This document shows, piece by piece, positions 1-8,584 of a DNA stretch of 43,980 nucleotides. Below the pieces are notes generated by a model, which was given only the letters and a program-made list of their open reading frames with translations, made no database searches and was not told the origin of the DNA. The translations under genes and the position numbers were made by a program. Source of the DNA: Ruminococcus sp. UBA7014 (GTDB lineage: Bacteria > Bacillota > Clostridia > Oscillospirales > Ruminococcaceae). The stretch spans positions 1 to 43,980 of the forward strand of contig DJXC01000029.1 in the NCBI GenBank assembly GCA_002449575.1, in the 5' to 3' direction. Numbering within the stretch: position 1 is the first letter of the stretch; the number at the start of each line of letters is the position of its first letter.

Positions 1-6
1 TTCCGC

Positions 7-35
7 TTGACAGATTTCTTGTTATGTAGTAAAAT
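7..35 (+). promoter_or_regulatory. Putative sigma-A type promoter upstream of nadA
   Basis: TTGACA (7-12), 17-nt spacer, TAAAAT (30-35), about 55 nt upstream of the nadA ATG. Confidence 0.5.
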
Positions 36-89
36 AAAACTATAGTGAACTACTATGCATTATAGAAAAAATGAAAGGCTGTCAAGACT

Positions 90-1007
90 ATGAATATTTA
101 TGATATGCAGCAGAAAATTCTGCAACTCAAAAAAGAAAAAGATGTCTGTATCTTAGCTCACAGTTATGTTGCACGAGAAATCAGCGAAATTGCTGACTTT
201 ACAGGCGATTCCTACGGTCTGAGTGTTCAGGCGGCTAAAGTTCCCAATCAAACTGTACTCATGTGTGGTGTGCGGTTTATGGCGGAAACCTGCAAAATTC
301 TCTCTCCGGAAAAAAAAGTGCTTCTTTCCAATCCGCTCGCTGGCTGTCCTATGGCTGAACAGATGGACAAAGATATGATTCTGCAAGTCAAGGAAATGTA
401 TCCGGATTATATTATCATGGCTTACGTCAATACTACTGCTGCACTCAAAACAATTGCAGATGTCTGTGTCACTTCTTCTTCTGCTGTACAGATTGCAAAG
501 GCTGTCGAAGCAGATAAAATTTTATTCATCCCTGACTGTAACCTTGGTGCATTCACTGCAAAACAAGTTCCTGAAAAAACATTCAAACTTTTACAGGGCG
601 GCTGTCCGATTCATGCCGCTGTCCGCCCGGAAGCTGTCAAACAGATGAAAGCTCTCCATCCGGAAGCACTTGTTCTTGTTCATCCGGAATGTGTTCCCGA
701 AGTGACGGAACAAGCTGACTATGTCGGCTCTACAACCGGAATTATGGCTTATGCTAAAAAATCTGAGGCAAAAGAATTCATTATCGGTACGGAAATCAGC
801 ATTTCAGAACATTTGCAGTATGACTGTCCTGATAAAATGTTCTATCCGCTGACAAAACATCTCATCTGTCCGAATATGAAATCTACTACTCTTGTAGATG
901 TTTACAGAAATCTGACGGGTGAATTTGGTGAAGAAATTCTTCTGGATGACGAAACTATCCGGCTTGCCAGAAGATGTATTGACAATATGATTAGATTAGG
1001 CGGTTGA
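90..1007 (+). CDS. nadA: Quinolinate synthase
   Basis: 305 aa. The N-terminal ILAHSY...ADFTGDS and the later VHPEC and GTE motifs are typical of NadA. ATG start. Confidence 0.9.
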   Translation: MNIYDMQQKILQLKKEKDVCILAHSYVAREISEIADFTGDSYGLSVQAAKVPNQTVLMCGVRFMAETCKILSPEKKVLLSNPLAGCPMAEQMDKDMILQVKEMYPDYIIMAYVNTTAALKTIADVCVTSSSAVQIAKAVEADKILFIPDCNLGAFTAKQVPEKTFKLLQGGCPIHAAVRPEAVKQMKALHPEALVLVHPECVPEVTEQADYVGSTTGIMAYAKKSEAKEFIIGTEISISEHLQYDCPDKMFYPLTKHLICPNMKSTTLVDVYRNLTGEFGEEILLDDETIRLARRCIDNMIRLGG

Positions 1008-1009
1008 TT

Positions 1010-2083
1010 ATGAAAGAAAAAGCAATCATTGCCATGAGCGGCGGTGTGGACAGCTCTGCTGCGGCTCTGCTGATGCTACAGGCAGGCTATGAATGTATTG
1101 GTGTAACAATGCAGCTGTTCCATAATGAAGATGCAGGCATTCCAAGAGAAAAATCCTGCTGTTCTCTTGATGATGTCATGGATGCAAAACTTGTTTCCGG
1201 AAAACTCGGCATTCTGCATTATGTCTTTAATTTTTCAGACCGTTTCAAAGAAACTGTTATGAAACGTTTTGCTGAAAGCTACGAAAAAGGCGCAACTCCG
1301 AACCCCTGTATCGACTGCAACAGATTCCTCAAATTTGATGCGATGGTTCAGCGTATGTATGAAATGAATTTTGATTATGTCGTTACTGGTCACTATGCAA
1401 GAACTGCATTTGATAATGTTTCCGGCAGATATTTATTAAAAAAAGGCATTGACGAGTCAAAAGACCAGAGCTATGTCCTGTATTCTCTGACACAGGAACA
1501 GCTAAAACATATCCGCTTTCCACTCGGAACTTATCAGAAATCTGAAATCCGGGAAATTGCTGAGAAAAACGGCTTCATCAACGCTCACAAAAAAGACAGT
1601 CAAGATATCTGTTTTGTTCCTGACGGCGATTATGCCGGATTTCTGGAACGCTTCACTGGAAAAACTTATCCTGCTGGTGATTTTACAGATACTTCCGGAA
1701 ATATTCTAGGTCAGCACAAGGGCATTATTCATTATACTGTCGGTCAAAGAAAAGGACTTGGCATTGCTGCGAAATATCCGCTCTATGTACAGGAAATCCG
1801 CACAGATACCAATCAGGTTATTTTAGGCAAAAATGAAGAATTATTCTCCGATTCGCTCACCGCTGATGATGTCAATCTGATTTCTGTTGATAATCTTGCA
1901 GAACCGCTCAGATGTTCCGCAAAAATCCGCTACAGACATCCCGAACAGCCCTGTACAGCCTGGCAGACTTCTGACGGCATCTTACATGTCAGATTCGACC
2001 AGCCTCAGAGAGCCATCACCAGAGGACAAGCCGTTGTTCTGTATCAGGGAGATACTGTCATCGGCGGAGGAACAATTCAATAA
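1010..2083 (+). CDS. mnmA: tRNA 2-thiouridine(34) synthase MnmA
   Basis: PP-loop AMSGGVDSS, NPCIDCN, and KDQSY motifs. The ORF track starts at a TTG at 1004. I prefer the ATG at 1010 (MKEKAIIAMSGG), which sits 6 nt after AGGCGG. The nadA stop lies just upstream, so the two genes look coupled. Confidence 0.9.
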   Translation: MKEKAIIAMSGGVDSSAAALLMLQAGYECIGVTMQLFHNEDAGIPREKSCCSLDDVMDAKLVSGKLGILHYVFNFSDRFKETVMKRFAESYEKGATPNPCIDCNRFLKFDAMVQRMYEMNFDYVVTGHYARTAFDNVSGRYLLKKGIDESKDQSYVLYSLTQEQLKHIRFPLGTYQKSEIREIAEKNGFINAHKKDSQDICFVPDGDYAGFLERFTGKTYPAGDFTDTSGNILGQHKGIIHYTVGQRKGLGIAAKYPLYVQEIRTDTNQVILGKNEELFSDSLTADDVNLISVDNLAEPLRCSAKIRYRHPEQPCTAWQTSDGILHVRFDQPQRAITRGQAVVLYQGDTVIGGGTIQ

Positions 2084-2090
2084 AATCAAC

Positions 2091-2118
2091 AAACCGGAGT
2101 AAATGCACACTCCGGTTT
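2091..2118. terminator. Hairpin between convergent mnmA and aroC (possible bidirectional terminator)
   Basis: AAACCGGAGT (2091-2100) pairs perfectly with ACTCCGGTTT (2109-2118) across an 8-nt loop. Flanks are moderately T-rich on both strands. Confidence 0.55.
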
Positions 2119-2125
2119 TACTATA

Positions 2126-3214
2126 TTATGCCAACCAGTCCGTACCATATCTTCCGGAAAGAATATCACAAAGTACCAATGCTGTCACACTATCTACGAC
2201 AACCCTTGCACGATGAATCACTGCCGGGTCGTGTCTGCCCTTGATTTCCAGTACTGCATTTTCATTCTTAAAGAAATCTATCGTATTCTGTGCCTGATAA
2301 ATAGATGGTGTCGGCTTCACTGCACACTGGAACAATATTGGCATTCCGTTCGTAATTCCGCCGTTGATTCCGCTGTTATGATTCGTTTCCGTCACGACTT
2401 TATCATTCTGCATCCGGAATGCGTCATTGTATTCGCTTCCGAAACCGTTCACCATATCGAACGCATTCCCGAACTGTACGCCTTTTACCGCCGGAATGCT
2501 GAACAAGGCATGTGACAGAATGCCTTCAACAGTATCAAACCACGGTTCACCCAGTCCGGCAGGAAGATGCAGCACTGCCGTTTCCAGAACCCCCCCGATG
2601 CTGTCTTTCTGTTCGGCAGTCTCCCGAATTTTATTCTGCATTTTTTCGGCTTTGCCGTCATCCAGAACGGCGAAAACTTTCTGATTCAGGTTTTGAATAT
2701 CTTCTTCGAGATTCTGAAATTCTCTGTCCTGAATATTTCCGCAGGACTTAACATGTGTCCCGATTAAGATACTTTTTGCTTTCAGTGCGGAAATGGCTAT
2801 TGCTCCTCCGGCGACAAGTCCGGCTGTGATTCTTCCGCTGAAATGCCCTCCGCCCCGGAAATCTTCAAATCCATGATATTTACAGTAGGCTGTATAATCT
2901 GCATGACCCGGACGGGCAAGCGAACGTGTTGCAGAATAATCCTTGCTTCTTGTCTGAGAATTTGGAATCATAATGCTGATGGGTGTACCTGTTGTCTTAC
3001 CTTCGTAAACACCGGAAAGAATCTGAAACGGGTCAGGCTCTTGTCTCGCTGTCGATATACTCCCTGATGGTCTGCGAAGTGTTAGCTGTGAACGAATAAA
3101 TTCTTCATCTACAGGGATTCCCGGTGCAAATCCGTCCAGGACTACGCCAATCGCTGTGCCATGACTTTCTCCGTAAATTGTCACGGCTATATTCTGTCCG
3201 AATGTATTTTTCAT
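2126..3214 (-). CDS. aroC: Chorismate synthase
   Basis: FGQNIAVTIYGESHG N-terminus, with RPGHAD and GRHDP motifs. The ORF track start at 3232 is a TTG. I prefer the ATG at 3214, which is preceded by AAGGAG with 5-nt spacing. Confidence 0.9.
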   Translation of the reverse strand: MKNTFGQNIAVTIYGESHGTAIGVVLDGFAPGIPVDEEFIRSQLTLRRPSGSISTARQEPDPFQILSGVYEGKTTGTPISIMIPNSQTRSKDYSATRSLARPGHADYTAYCKYHGFEDFRGGGHFSGRITAGLVAGGAIAISALKAKSILIGTHVKSCGNIQDREFQNLEEDIQNLNQKVFAVLDDGKAEKMQNKIRETAEQKDSIGGVLETAVLHLPAGLGEPWFDTVEGILSHALFSIPAVKGVQFGNAFDMVNGFGSEYNDAFRMQNDKVVTETNHNSGINGGITNGMPILFQCAVKPTPSIYQAQNTIDFFKNENAVLEIKGRHDPAVIHRARVVVDSVTALVLCDILSGRYGTDWLA

Positions 3215-3236
3215 AACTGCTCCTTTTTTCAAGATA

Positions 3237-4202
3237 TTATATCACATAAAACCATGATTCGTCCTGTTCAAATTCTGACTGCTGGACGACTGGGTGAGCT
3301 GCTTCATCATATTTATATCTTAATTCCTGATTCTTGATGCTCACCCTCGCACCTGCCGGAACAGATTTTGTAATGAATGCATTGCCCCCGATAACAGCAT
3401 CTTTTCCGACAACAGTTTCTCCGCCGAGTATTGATGCACCGGAATAGATTGTTACATTGTCTTCGATAGTTGGATGCCGCTTTTTATTTTTCAGACTCTG
3501 TCCGCCTCTGGTCGAAAGTGCGCCAAGTGTAACACCCTGATAGATTTTTACCCGGCTTCCGATTACTGTTGTTTCTCCGATAACAATTCCTGTTCCGTGG
3601 TCAATAAAAAAATATTTTCCGATTGACGCACCCGGATGAATGTCTATTCCTGTTTTACTGTGTGCATGTTCAGTCATGATTCTTGGTATCATCGGTACAC
3701 CCAGCAAATGCAGTTCATGTGCTATCCGGTTTACAAAAATCGCATATAATCCCGGATAGGAATAAATAATTTCCGTCTTGTTATAGGCTGCCGGGTCTCC
3801 CTCGAAAGCTGCTTCAACATCTGTTTCGATATATTCCCGGATTTTTGGAATCTTCTCCAGAAATGCAAGTGTCAGTTCCTGTGCTTTTTTCGTCACTTCA
3901 ATTTCCGGTGCAATTTCATAAAGCGGGTCATATCTCAGTACAATTCCTATCTGCTTTACAAGCTTATAAATTACATCTTCCAGCAGCATCGATGTCTGAT
4001 TCCTCACCGTGTAAATTTTGACGGAATGACTCCGGAAATATCCCGGAAAAATAATTTTCTTCAGACTGTGCAGAATTTCTTCCAGAACGGCATTATCCGG
4101 CAAATCAAAATTCTTGATTTTATCAATTGTCCTGTTATTTCGGTAATCATTCAGAATTTCATCCAGTGTCTGCTGAATACGCTCTTCAAAGTTCTGTATC
4201 AT
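3237..4202 (-). CDS. cysE: Serine O-acetyltransferase (long EpsC-like form)
   Basis: Left-handed beta-helix hexapeptide region DIHPGASIGKYFFIDHGTGIVIGETTVIG...IYQGVTLG, plus a ~150-aa N-terminal helical extension. GAGGTG RBS. Confidence 0.85.
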   Translation of the reverse strand: MIQNFEERIQQTLDEILNDYRNNRTIDKIKNFDLPDNAVLEEILHSLKKIIFPGYFRSHSVKIYTVRNQTSMLLEDVIYKLVKQIGIVLRYDPLYEIAPEIEVTKKAQELTLAFLEKIPKIREYIETDVEAAFEGDPAAYNKTEIIYSYPGLYAIFVNRIAHELHLLGVPMIPRIMTEHAHSKTGIDIHPGASIGKYFFIDHGTGIVIGETTVIGSRVKIYQGVTLGALSTRGGQSLKNKKRHPTIEDNVTIYSGASILGGETVVGKDAVIGGNAFITKSVPAGARVSIKNQELRYKYDEAAHPVVQQSEFEQDESWFYVI

Positions 4203-4246
4203 CTCAAATCACCTCAATGTTATTATATCAGTTTATCATACAAATG

Positions 4247-5167
4247 TCAATTTTTTCTTTCCAGATATGCACGGAGAGATTTCAGAGCCTGCTTTGTATC
4301 ATGATATCCCAGATAATACAGTGTACCCAGCTTTTCCATATCGCCTTCCAGACGGCTGATTTCAATTTGCTGTGACGGCGCAATGACAAAAATCTGCTTC
4401 CGGGCTTCCAATTTTAATAATTCTTCACACTGATGATTATAATTCTCATTACTTGCCAACAGTGAGGCTACAAACTTCGGATAATCCTTGTAAACAAAAT
4501 TTTCAGGATTCCATTTCTGCTCTGGTTTGACAGGTTTCCGATAACTTCGGGGACGGGTACGAACTACAACTACTTTTTCAAAATTCTGCTGCAATGCCCA
4601 TTCATACGGAATTTTACAGCTGCATCCGCCATCAAGATAAGGATGTCTTCCAATCATAATCGGTTTGGAAACAAACGGCATTGATGACGATGCTGCAATT
4701 ACCTGAAAAAAATTTTCTTCGGAACTTTTTTCAATATATTCTGGTTTTCCGGTGTCCAGATTTGTTACAACTGCGTAAAGCTGCCGCTCCGGATTATGAA
4801 GGCGTTTCTTGTCCAAATCCGGAATAAATGGCATTCTGCCAAAGATAAAATCAAAGCCGATAATTCCCTGATTTTTCATAATGGCTTTTCTGCCGACATA
4901 ACGGCTGTCATGCCGGTAACGGAGATTTATCCGTGCACTTCTGCCGATTTGTCCTGTAATATAATTTACTGCATTCATAGACCCTGCCGAAACGCCTACT
5001 GTACAACGGAAATTTAAATCTGCTTCCATAAGTGCATCGAGTACGCCATTTGTATAAACGCCCCGGAATGCACCACCTTCCAGTACAAGACAGCCTTCTG
5101 TAATATTTTCCGAAGCCCTGCCCTCAGGAAGTGAATCAATTCCCGAATATGTTTGTGATTTCTTCAT
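4247..5167 (-). CDS. Patatin-like phospholipase family protein
   Basis: Oxyanion GGAFRG, nucleophile elbow GVSAGS, and catalytic Asp in YLDGG. No signal peptide. Confidence 0.85.
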   Translation of the reverse strand: MKKSQTYSGIDSLPEGRASENITEGCLVLEGGAFRGVYTNGVLDALMEADLNFRCTVGVSAGSMNAVNYITGQIGRSARINLRYRHDSRYVGRKAIMKNQGIIGFDFIFGRMPFIPDLDKKRLHNPERQLYAVVTNLDTGKPEYIEKSSEENFFQVIAASSSMPFVSKPIMIGRHPYLDGGCSCKIPYEWALQQNFEKVVVVRTRPRSYRKPVKPEQKWNPENFVYKDYPKFVASLLASNENYNHQCEELLKLEARKQIFVIAPSQQIEISRLEGDMEKLGTLYYLGYHDTKQALKSLRAYLERKN

Positions 5168-5189
5168 AAATTATTTTCCTTTCAATAAA

Positions 5190-6671
5190 TTATAATTCAA
5201 ATTTATTCTTGATTGTATCTGCAATACTTTCCGGTGCAAATACTTTGTGCTGATATTCTGATAACAGCATTTGTATCTCATACGCCTGTTCTTCGTTAGC
5301 AAAGAGGATAAATTTCTGAATTTTCTGCTTTGTGAAAAGCATTTCCTGTTCCAGAAGTTTCTGAATTAAATTCTGGTCTTTGACTGCTATCAGAGAACAG
5401 AACATATAGTCCAAATTTTCATGAATATATTCTGTCAGTTGTTTTTTCTCCGGCGATTGCAGATACTGCCAGAACAAATATTGATAGATTGTAATTACTT
5501 TTTCATCATGCAGAATATCACTCCGCCGAAGTGAAAGAAATGCTGTTGAAATATTCGGTATTGTCTCATAAGGTGCAGAAAGTGCCTGCATACTGCACAG
5601 CGACTTCACAGAAAAATCCAGATTATGCCAGTGAAGACTCTGCAAGGCATGACAAAGTGTAAATGCTGTATAACTGACAGAAATCAAACTTTCCGGAAAT
5701 GTAATATCTGTCAAAGCTTTGCACCCGGAAAACGCATAACTGGATATCCGTTCTGTTCCTTCCGGAATACAGATTTGTTTCAGGCTGATACAGTTCTCAA
5801 ACATTCTCTGATAAATTTCCTTGATTTCTCCGGAAAAAATTACCCGTTCCAGATGTTCACATCCGGCAAAAATTTCTCTTCCTGTTTCGGTAATTGTGGA
5901 CGGAATCACAACATATTCCAGTCCTGTATTTTTAAATGCCTCATGTCCGATTGTCTGCACATTTTCTGGAATCTGAATGCCTGTCAGACTGGTACAGTTT
6001 AAAAATGCCATCTCTGAAATCGTCCGGATTCTGGATGGAATTACAATATTTTTCAGGCTTTCACAGTTCTGAAATGCTCCTGTTCCGATTCGCTCCGAAA
6101 CATAGGGAATTGCTACGCTTTTCAGACTCCGGCAGTTCTGAAAGAAGTAATCCGGAATCGAAGCATGTACTGGCAGACAGACTTCTTCCAGACTGATACA
6201 GTTCACAAAAACGCCCCATTCCAGCTTTGGTATCTGTTCCGGAAAAATCACTTTTTTCAGAGCAGTACAGTCCTTGAACATTTCCTGTGACAGTACTGTC
6301 AGTTTTGGCGGAAGTATGATTTCTTCTAAAGCATTACAACCGCTGAATGCGGATGCGCCTATAGAAACTATACTTTCTGGAAGGCGGACAGATTTCAGCT
6401 TCCGGCAGTTTTCAAATGCCGATGGTCGAATTGTTCTTACACCTTCCGGCAAAATAATTTTTTCTACATTCTGCCATTTGTAAAATGCGGAACTTCCAAT
6501 TGTATGCACTTCCGGCGGAACAGTCACTTCTCTTTCATATGGCATCAGATGACAGCCTGTCAGAACTCCCTGACTAATTTTAAATTTCAGATTTTTTTCC
6601 GGATTGCTTTCCGGCTTCTGATATAATTTTTCCTGTACCTTCCGGAAAAGAGACTGTATTTTTTCTTTCAT
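5190..6671 (-). CDS. BspA-type leucine-rich repeat protein with C-terminal helical domain, no signal peptide
   Basis: 493 aa. About 12 tandem ~23-aa repeats of the form F.NC..L..I.IP..V..IG..AF, followed by a ~140-aa helical tail. The N-terminus is hydrophilic. Confidence 0.8.
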   Translation of the reverse strand: MKEKIQSLFRKVQEKLYQKPESNPEKNLKFKISQGVLTGCHLMPYEREVTVPPEVHTIGSSAFYKWQNVEKIILPEGVRTIRPSAFENCRKLKSVRLPESIVSIGASAFSGCNALEEIILPPKLTVLSQEMFKDCTALKKVIFPEQIPKLEWGVFVNCISLEEVCLPVHASIPDYFFQNCRSLKSVAIPYVSERIGTGAFQNCESLKNIVIPSRIRTISEMAFLNCTSLTGIQIPENVQTIGHEAFKNTGLEYVVIPSTITETGREIFAGCEHLERVIFSGEIKEIYQRMFENCISLKQICIPEGTERISSYAFSGCKALTDITFPESLISVSYTAFTLCHALQSLHWHNLDFSVKSLCSMQALSAPYETIPNISTAFLSLRRSDILHDEKVITIYQYLFWQYLQSPEKKQLTEYIHENLDYMFCSLIAVKDQNLIQKLLEQEMLFTKQKIQKFILFANEEQAYEIQMLLSEYQHKVFAPESIADTIKNKFEL

Positions 6672-6694
6672 ACTGTCACCGCCTTTTCTATCTT

Positions 6695-6723
6695 ATTATA
6701 TACTATTTTTTTCTGCTTGTCAA
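6695..6723 (-). promoter_or_regulatory. Consensus sigma-A promoter for the 493-aa LRR gene
   Basis: On the minus strand: TTGACA (6718-6723), 17-nt spacer, TATAAT (6695-6700). Confidence 0.6.
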
Positions 6724-6742
6724 ATAATACTTTATGTAACTC

Positions 6743-6771
6743 TTGACTTTTTCTCCGAAATCATATATAAT
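6743..6771 (+). promoter_or_regulatory. Near-consensus sigma-A promoter for the Lar-like gene
   Basis: TTGACT (6743-6748), 17-nt spacer, TATAAT (6766-6771). Divergent from the LRR promoter. Confidence 0.6.
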
Positions 6772-6805
6772 TTTATAAGTAAAATGATACAAAGGAGAAA
6801 TTTTT

Positions 6806-7000
6806 ATGAATTCAAAAATTAAACTAAAGCCTTGCCCTTTCTGCGGAGGAGAAGCCTATCTTGGCGAATCGTGGGAAAATACCAAATCGGTACAGTGTTC
6901 CATCTGTGGATGTGGAACAAGACATTTTCTGAATAAACTGGATGCAATTGAAACATGGAACAAAAGAATCAATGTTCCTGAAAATTCTTCTAAAAAATAA
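6806..7000 (+). CDS. Lar-family restriction alleviation protein (phage-derived zinc-ribbon protein)
   Basis: 64 aa. It has KLKPCPFCGGEA ... C.ICG ... AIETWNKR, the Lar family signature as I remember it. AAAGGAG RBS. Confidence 0.75.
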   Translation: MNSKIKLKPCPFCGGEAYLGESWENTKSVQCSICGCGTRHFLNKLDAIETWNKRINVPENSSKK

Positions 7001-7046
7001 TCTTATTATGCCGTGGCAAATCCTTCTGCACAGATTTAGAATACTT

Positions 7047-7074
7047 AAAAAGTACGGTAATTTTCCGACTTTTT
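7047..7074 (+). terminator. Possible terminator after the Lar-like gene
   Basis: AAAAGTACGG / CCGACTTTT hairpin with one bulged A, followed by a T-run. Confidence 0.4.
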
Positions 7075-7105
7075 AAACTATTAATTCTAGCGGAGGAATA
7101 TTTTT

Positions 7106-7318
7106 ATGTATCATATCAGAGATTCCAGATTTGTCAGATTTGAAAATGGTATCTGCATTTTTATTGTAGAACTGGACTGCGATACCCCTTCTGACCTGCC
7201 AACGGTTCAGAACAACTGGGAAATGGGCAGCATTGCACATGTGATTTCCACAGGCGATTTTTACAGCCTTAACAGTTCTGGAATATGGGTCAATCAAACA
7301 GAAAATACAACAGATTAA
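7106..7318 (+). CDS. Hypothetical small protein (possibly phage-derived)
   Basis: 70 aa with a GGAGG RBS 9 nt upstream and its own terminator. The segment SDLPT...GS.A.V..TGDFY.L...G.W is reminiscent of motifs in phage tail or fibre proteins, recalled from memory only. No TM segment, so it is not a holin. Confidence 0.5.
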   Translation: MYHIRDSRFVRFENGICIFIVELDCDTPSDLPTVQNNWEMGSIAHVISTGDFYSLNSSGIWVNQTENTTD

Positions 7319-7325
7319 TGATTTG

Positions 7326-7360
7326 CCGGCAGAATCCTGAAAAATTCTGCCGGATTTTTT
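7326..7360 (+). terminator. Rho-independent terminator
   Basis: CCGGCAGAAT (7326-7335) pairs with ATTCTGCCGG (7344-7353), followed by a T6 run. Confidence 0.7.
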
Positions 7361-7369
7361 ATTTTTGCC

Positions 7370-7398
7370 GTGACAAATTGCTGCAAGCTGAATATACT
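7370..7398 (+). promoter_or_regulatory. Possible promoter for the GH25 gene
   Basis: GTGACA (7370-7375), 17-nt spacer, TATACT (7393-7398). Confidence 0.35.
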
Positions 7399-7471
7399 AG
7401 ATTAATCAGGCTTATCAGTAGGGCGAACAGTCCCGTTATACCCGTCAGCTTGAAGAAAGGGGCAGATAACT

Positions 7472-8164
7472 ATGACAACTGGTATTGATGTCAGCACTCA
7501 CAACGGTGTGATTGACTGGAAAAAAGTGAAAGATTCCGGTCAGGCAGATTTTGCCATTATTCGTGCCGGATACGGCAGACTGCTCTCCCAGAAGGATAAA
7601 AAATTTGATGTCAATTATCAGGGCTGTAAAGAAAATCATATTCCTGTTGGTACTTACTGGTACAGCTATGCTGTCTCTGTTCCGGAAATTCTGACAGAAG
7701 CAGAAATTTTTCTGGAAGTTATCAAAGATAAACAATTTGCTTTTCCTGTTTATCTGGATTTTGAAGAATCTGCTCAGTTTGCACTTGGAAAGGCAAAATG
7801 TTCCGAAATGGCAGAAGCGTTTCTCAATACGCTTGAAAACGCCGGATATTTTGCCGGACTCTATTCCAGTAAATCGCATCTGGAACAGTATTTCACGGAA
7901 AAAATTCTCAGACGTTATACCGTATGGCTGGCGCATTATGGTGTTGTTCAAACTTCTTATCCATACCCTTTTGCGATGTGGCAATATACCAATGACAGCA
8001 CAATCGCTGGTATCAGTGGTCATGTAGATAAAAATTACTGTTATCAAAACTTTCCGGCGATTATCCAGTCTGCCGGACTGAATGGTTTCCAGGAAAAAAA
8101 TACCAAACATATCGTTCTGACGATTGACGGAAAAACATATTCCGGCACACTCACAGAAACATAA
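7472..8164 (+). CDS. Glycoside hydrolase family 25 lysozyme (endolysin-like muramidase)
   Basis: GIDVSTHNG.IDW..VK..G..FAIIRAGYG N-terminus, with YWYSYA and the later WQYT motif. No signal peptide and no recognisable cell-wall-binding repeats. Confidence 0.85.
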   Translation: MTTGIDVSTHNGVIDWKKVKDSGQADFAIIRAGYGRLLSQKDKKFDVNYQGCKENHIPVGTYWYSYAVSVPEILTEAEIFLEVIKDKQFAFPVYLDFEESAQFALGKAKCSEMAEAFLNTLENAGYFAGLYSSKSHLEQYFTEKILRRYTVWLAHYGVVQTSYPYPFAMWQYTNDSTIAGISGHVDKNYCYQNFPAIIQSAGLNGFQEKNTKHIVLTIDGKTYSGTLTET

Positions 8165-8179
8165 TTTTCAAAAAAAGAA

Positions 8180-8213
8180 AAACCGTTCCTGATTTCTCAG
8201 AAACGGTTTTTTC
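8180..8213 (+). terminator. Rho-independent terminator after the GH25 gene
   Basis: AAACCGTT (8180-8187) pairs with AACGGTTT (8202-8209), followed by a T-run. Confidence 0.7.
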
Positions 8214-8215
8214 AG

Positions 8216-8304
8216 CGGACAGAGAGGGATTCGAACCCTCGAAGCAGTATTAGTGCTTACACGATTTCCAGTCGTGCGCCTTAGACCAGCTCAGCCATCT
8301 GTCC
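8216..8304 (-). tRNA. tRNA-Ser (anticodon GGA)
   Basis: Reverse complement GGACAGA...TCTGTCC-G. Anticodon arm CACGA-CTGGAAA-TCGTG, long variable arm, T-arm GAGGG-TTCGAAT-CCCTC. CCA is not encoded. Confidence 0.9.
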
Positions 8305-8337
8305 ATACTTCAAAAATATAAAATTGAAAAAGATAAG

Positions 8338-8421
8338 TGCGAGCGACGGGACTTGAACCCACACGTCGTTTCCAACACTAGCACCTCAAGCTAGCCTGTC
8401 TGCCAATTCCAGCACGCTCGC
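8338..8421 (-). tRNA. tRNA-Leu (anticodon GAG)
   Basis: Reverse complement GCGAGCG...CGCTCGC-A. Anticodon arm CTAGC-TTGAGGT-GCTAG, long variable arm, TTCAAGT T-loop. The T-stem has two G-U pairs. CCA is not encoded. Confidence 0.85.
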
Positions 8422-8457
8422 ATTCTTCTTTACAGTCTTATTTCCGACTGCCTTATT

Positions 8458-8486
8458 ATTATAACATATCCGGAAACATTTGTCAA
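8458..8486 (-). promoter_or_regulatory. Consensus sigma-A promoter for the tRNA-Leu/tRNA-Ser pair
   Basis: Minus strand TTGACA (8481-8486), 17-nt spacer, TATAAT (8458-8463). An A/T-rich UP-like tract lies immediately upstream (8487-8520). Confidence 0.6.
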
Positions 8487-8548
8487 GCTTTTTTTAAAAA
8501 AAGAATATAAAAAAAAAATGTTGAATCTTGTACATTATAACCGAAACG

Positions 8549-8573
8549 GCGTTCCCGGAAAAGCCGGAAACGC
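8549..8573 (-). terminator. Possible terminator after the AAA ATPase gene
   Basis: On the minus strand, GCGUUUCCGG / CCGGGAACGC forms a 10-bp stem (one G-U) with a 5-nt loop. The downstream U-tract is weak. Confidence 0.35.
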
Positions 8574-8584
8574 TGTTCTGCAAT

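Noticed and set aside
6-86. Inverted 7-mers CTTGACA (6-12) and TGTCAAG (80-86) flanking the nadA leader as a possible NAD-regulator (NiaR/NrtR) operator
   Set aside because: The arms are 67 nt apart, and one arm is simply the -35 hexamer. I cannot match it to a known operator consensus from memory, so it is probably chance.
7445-8110. 221-aa minus-strand ORF
   Set aside because: It is antisense to the GH25 lysozyme gene, which has clear family motifs. The antisense product has no recognisable features.
6672-8304. Intact prophage with att sites
   Set aside because: I found no integrase, structural genes or holin. I also found no duplication of the tRNA-Ser 3-prime end in the flanks inspected (6672-7105). 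It is treated as a remnant only.
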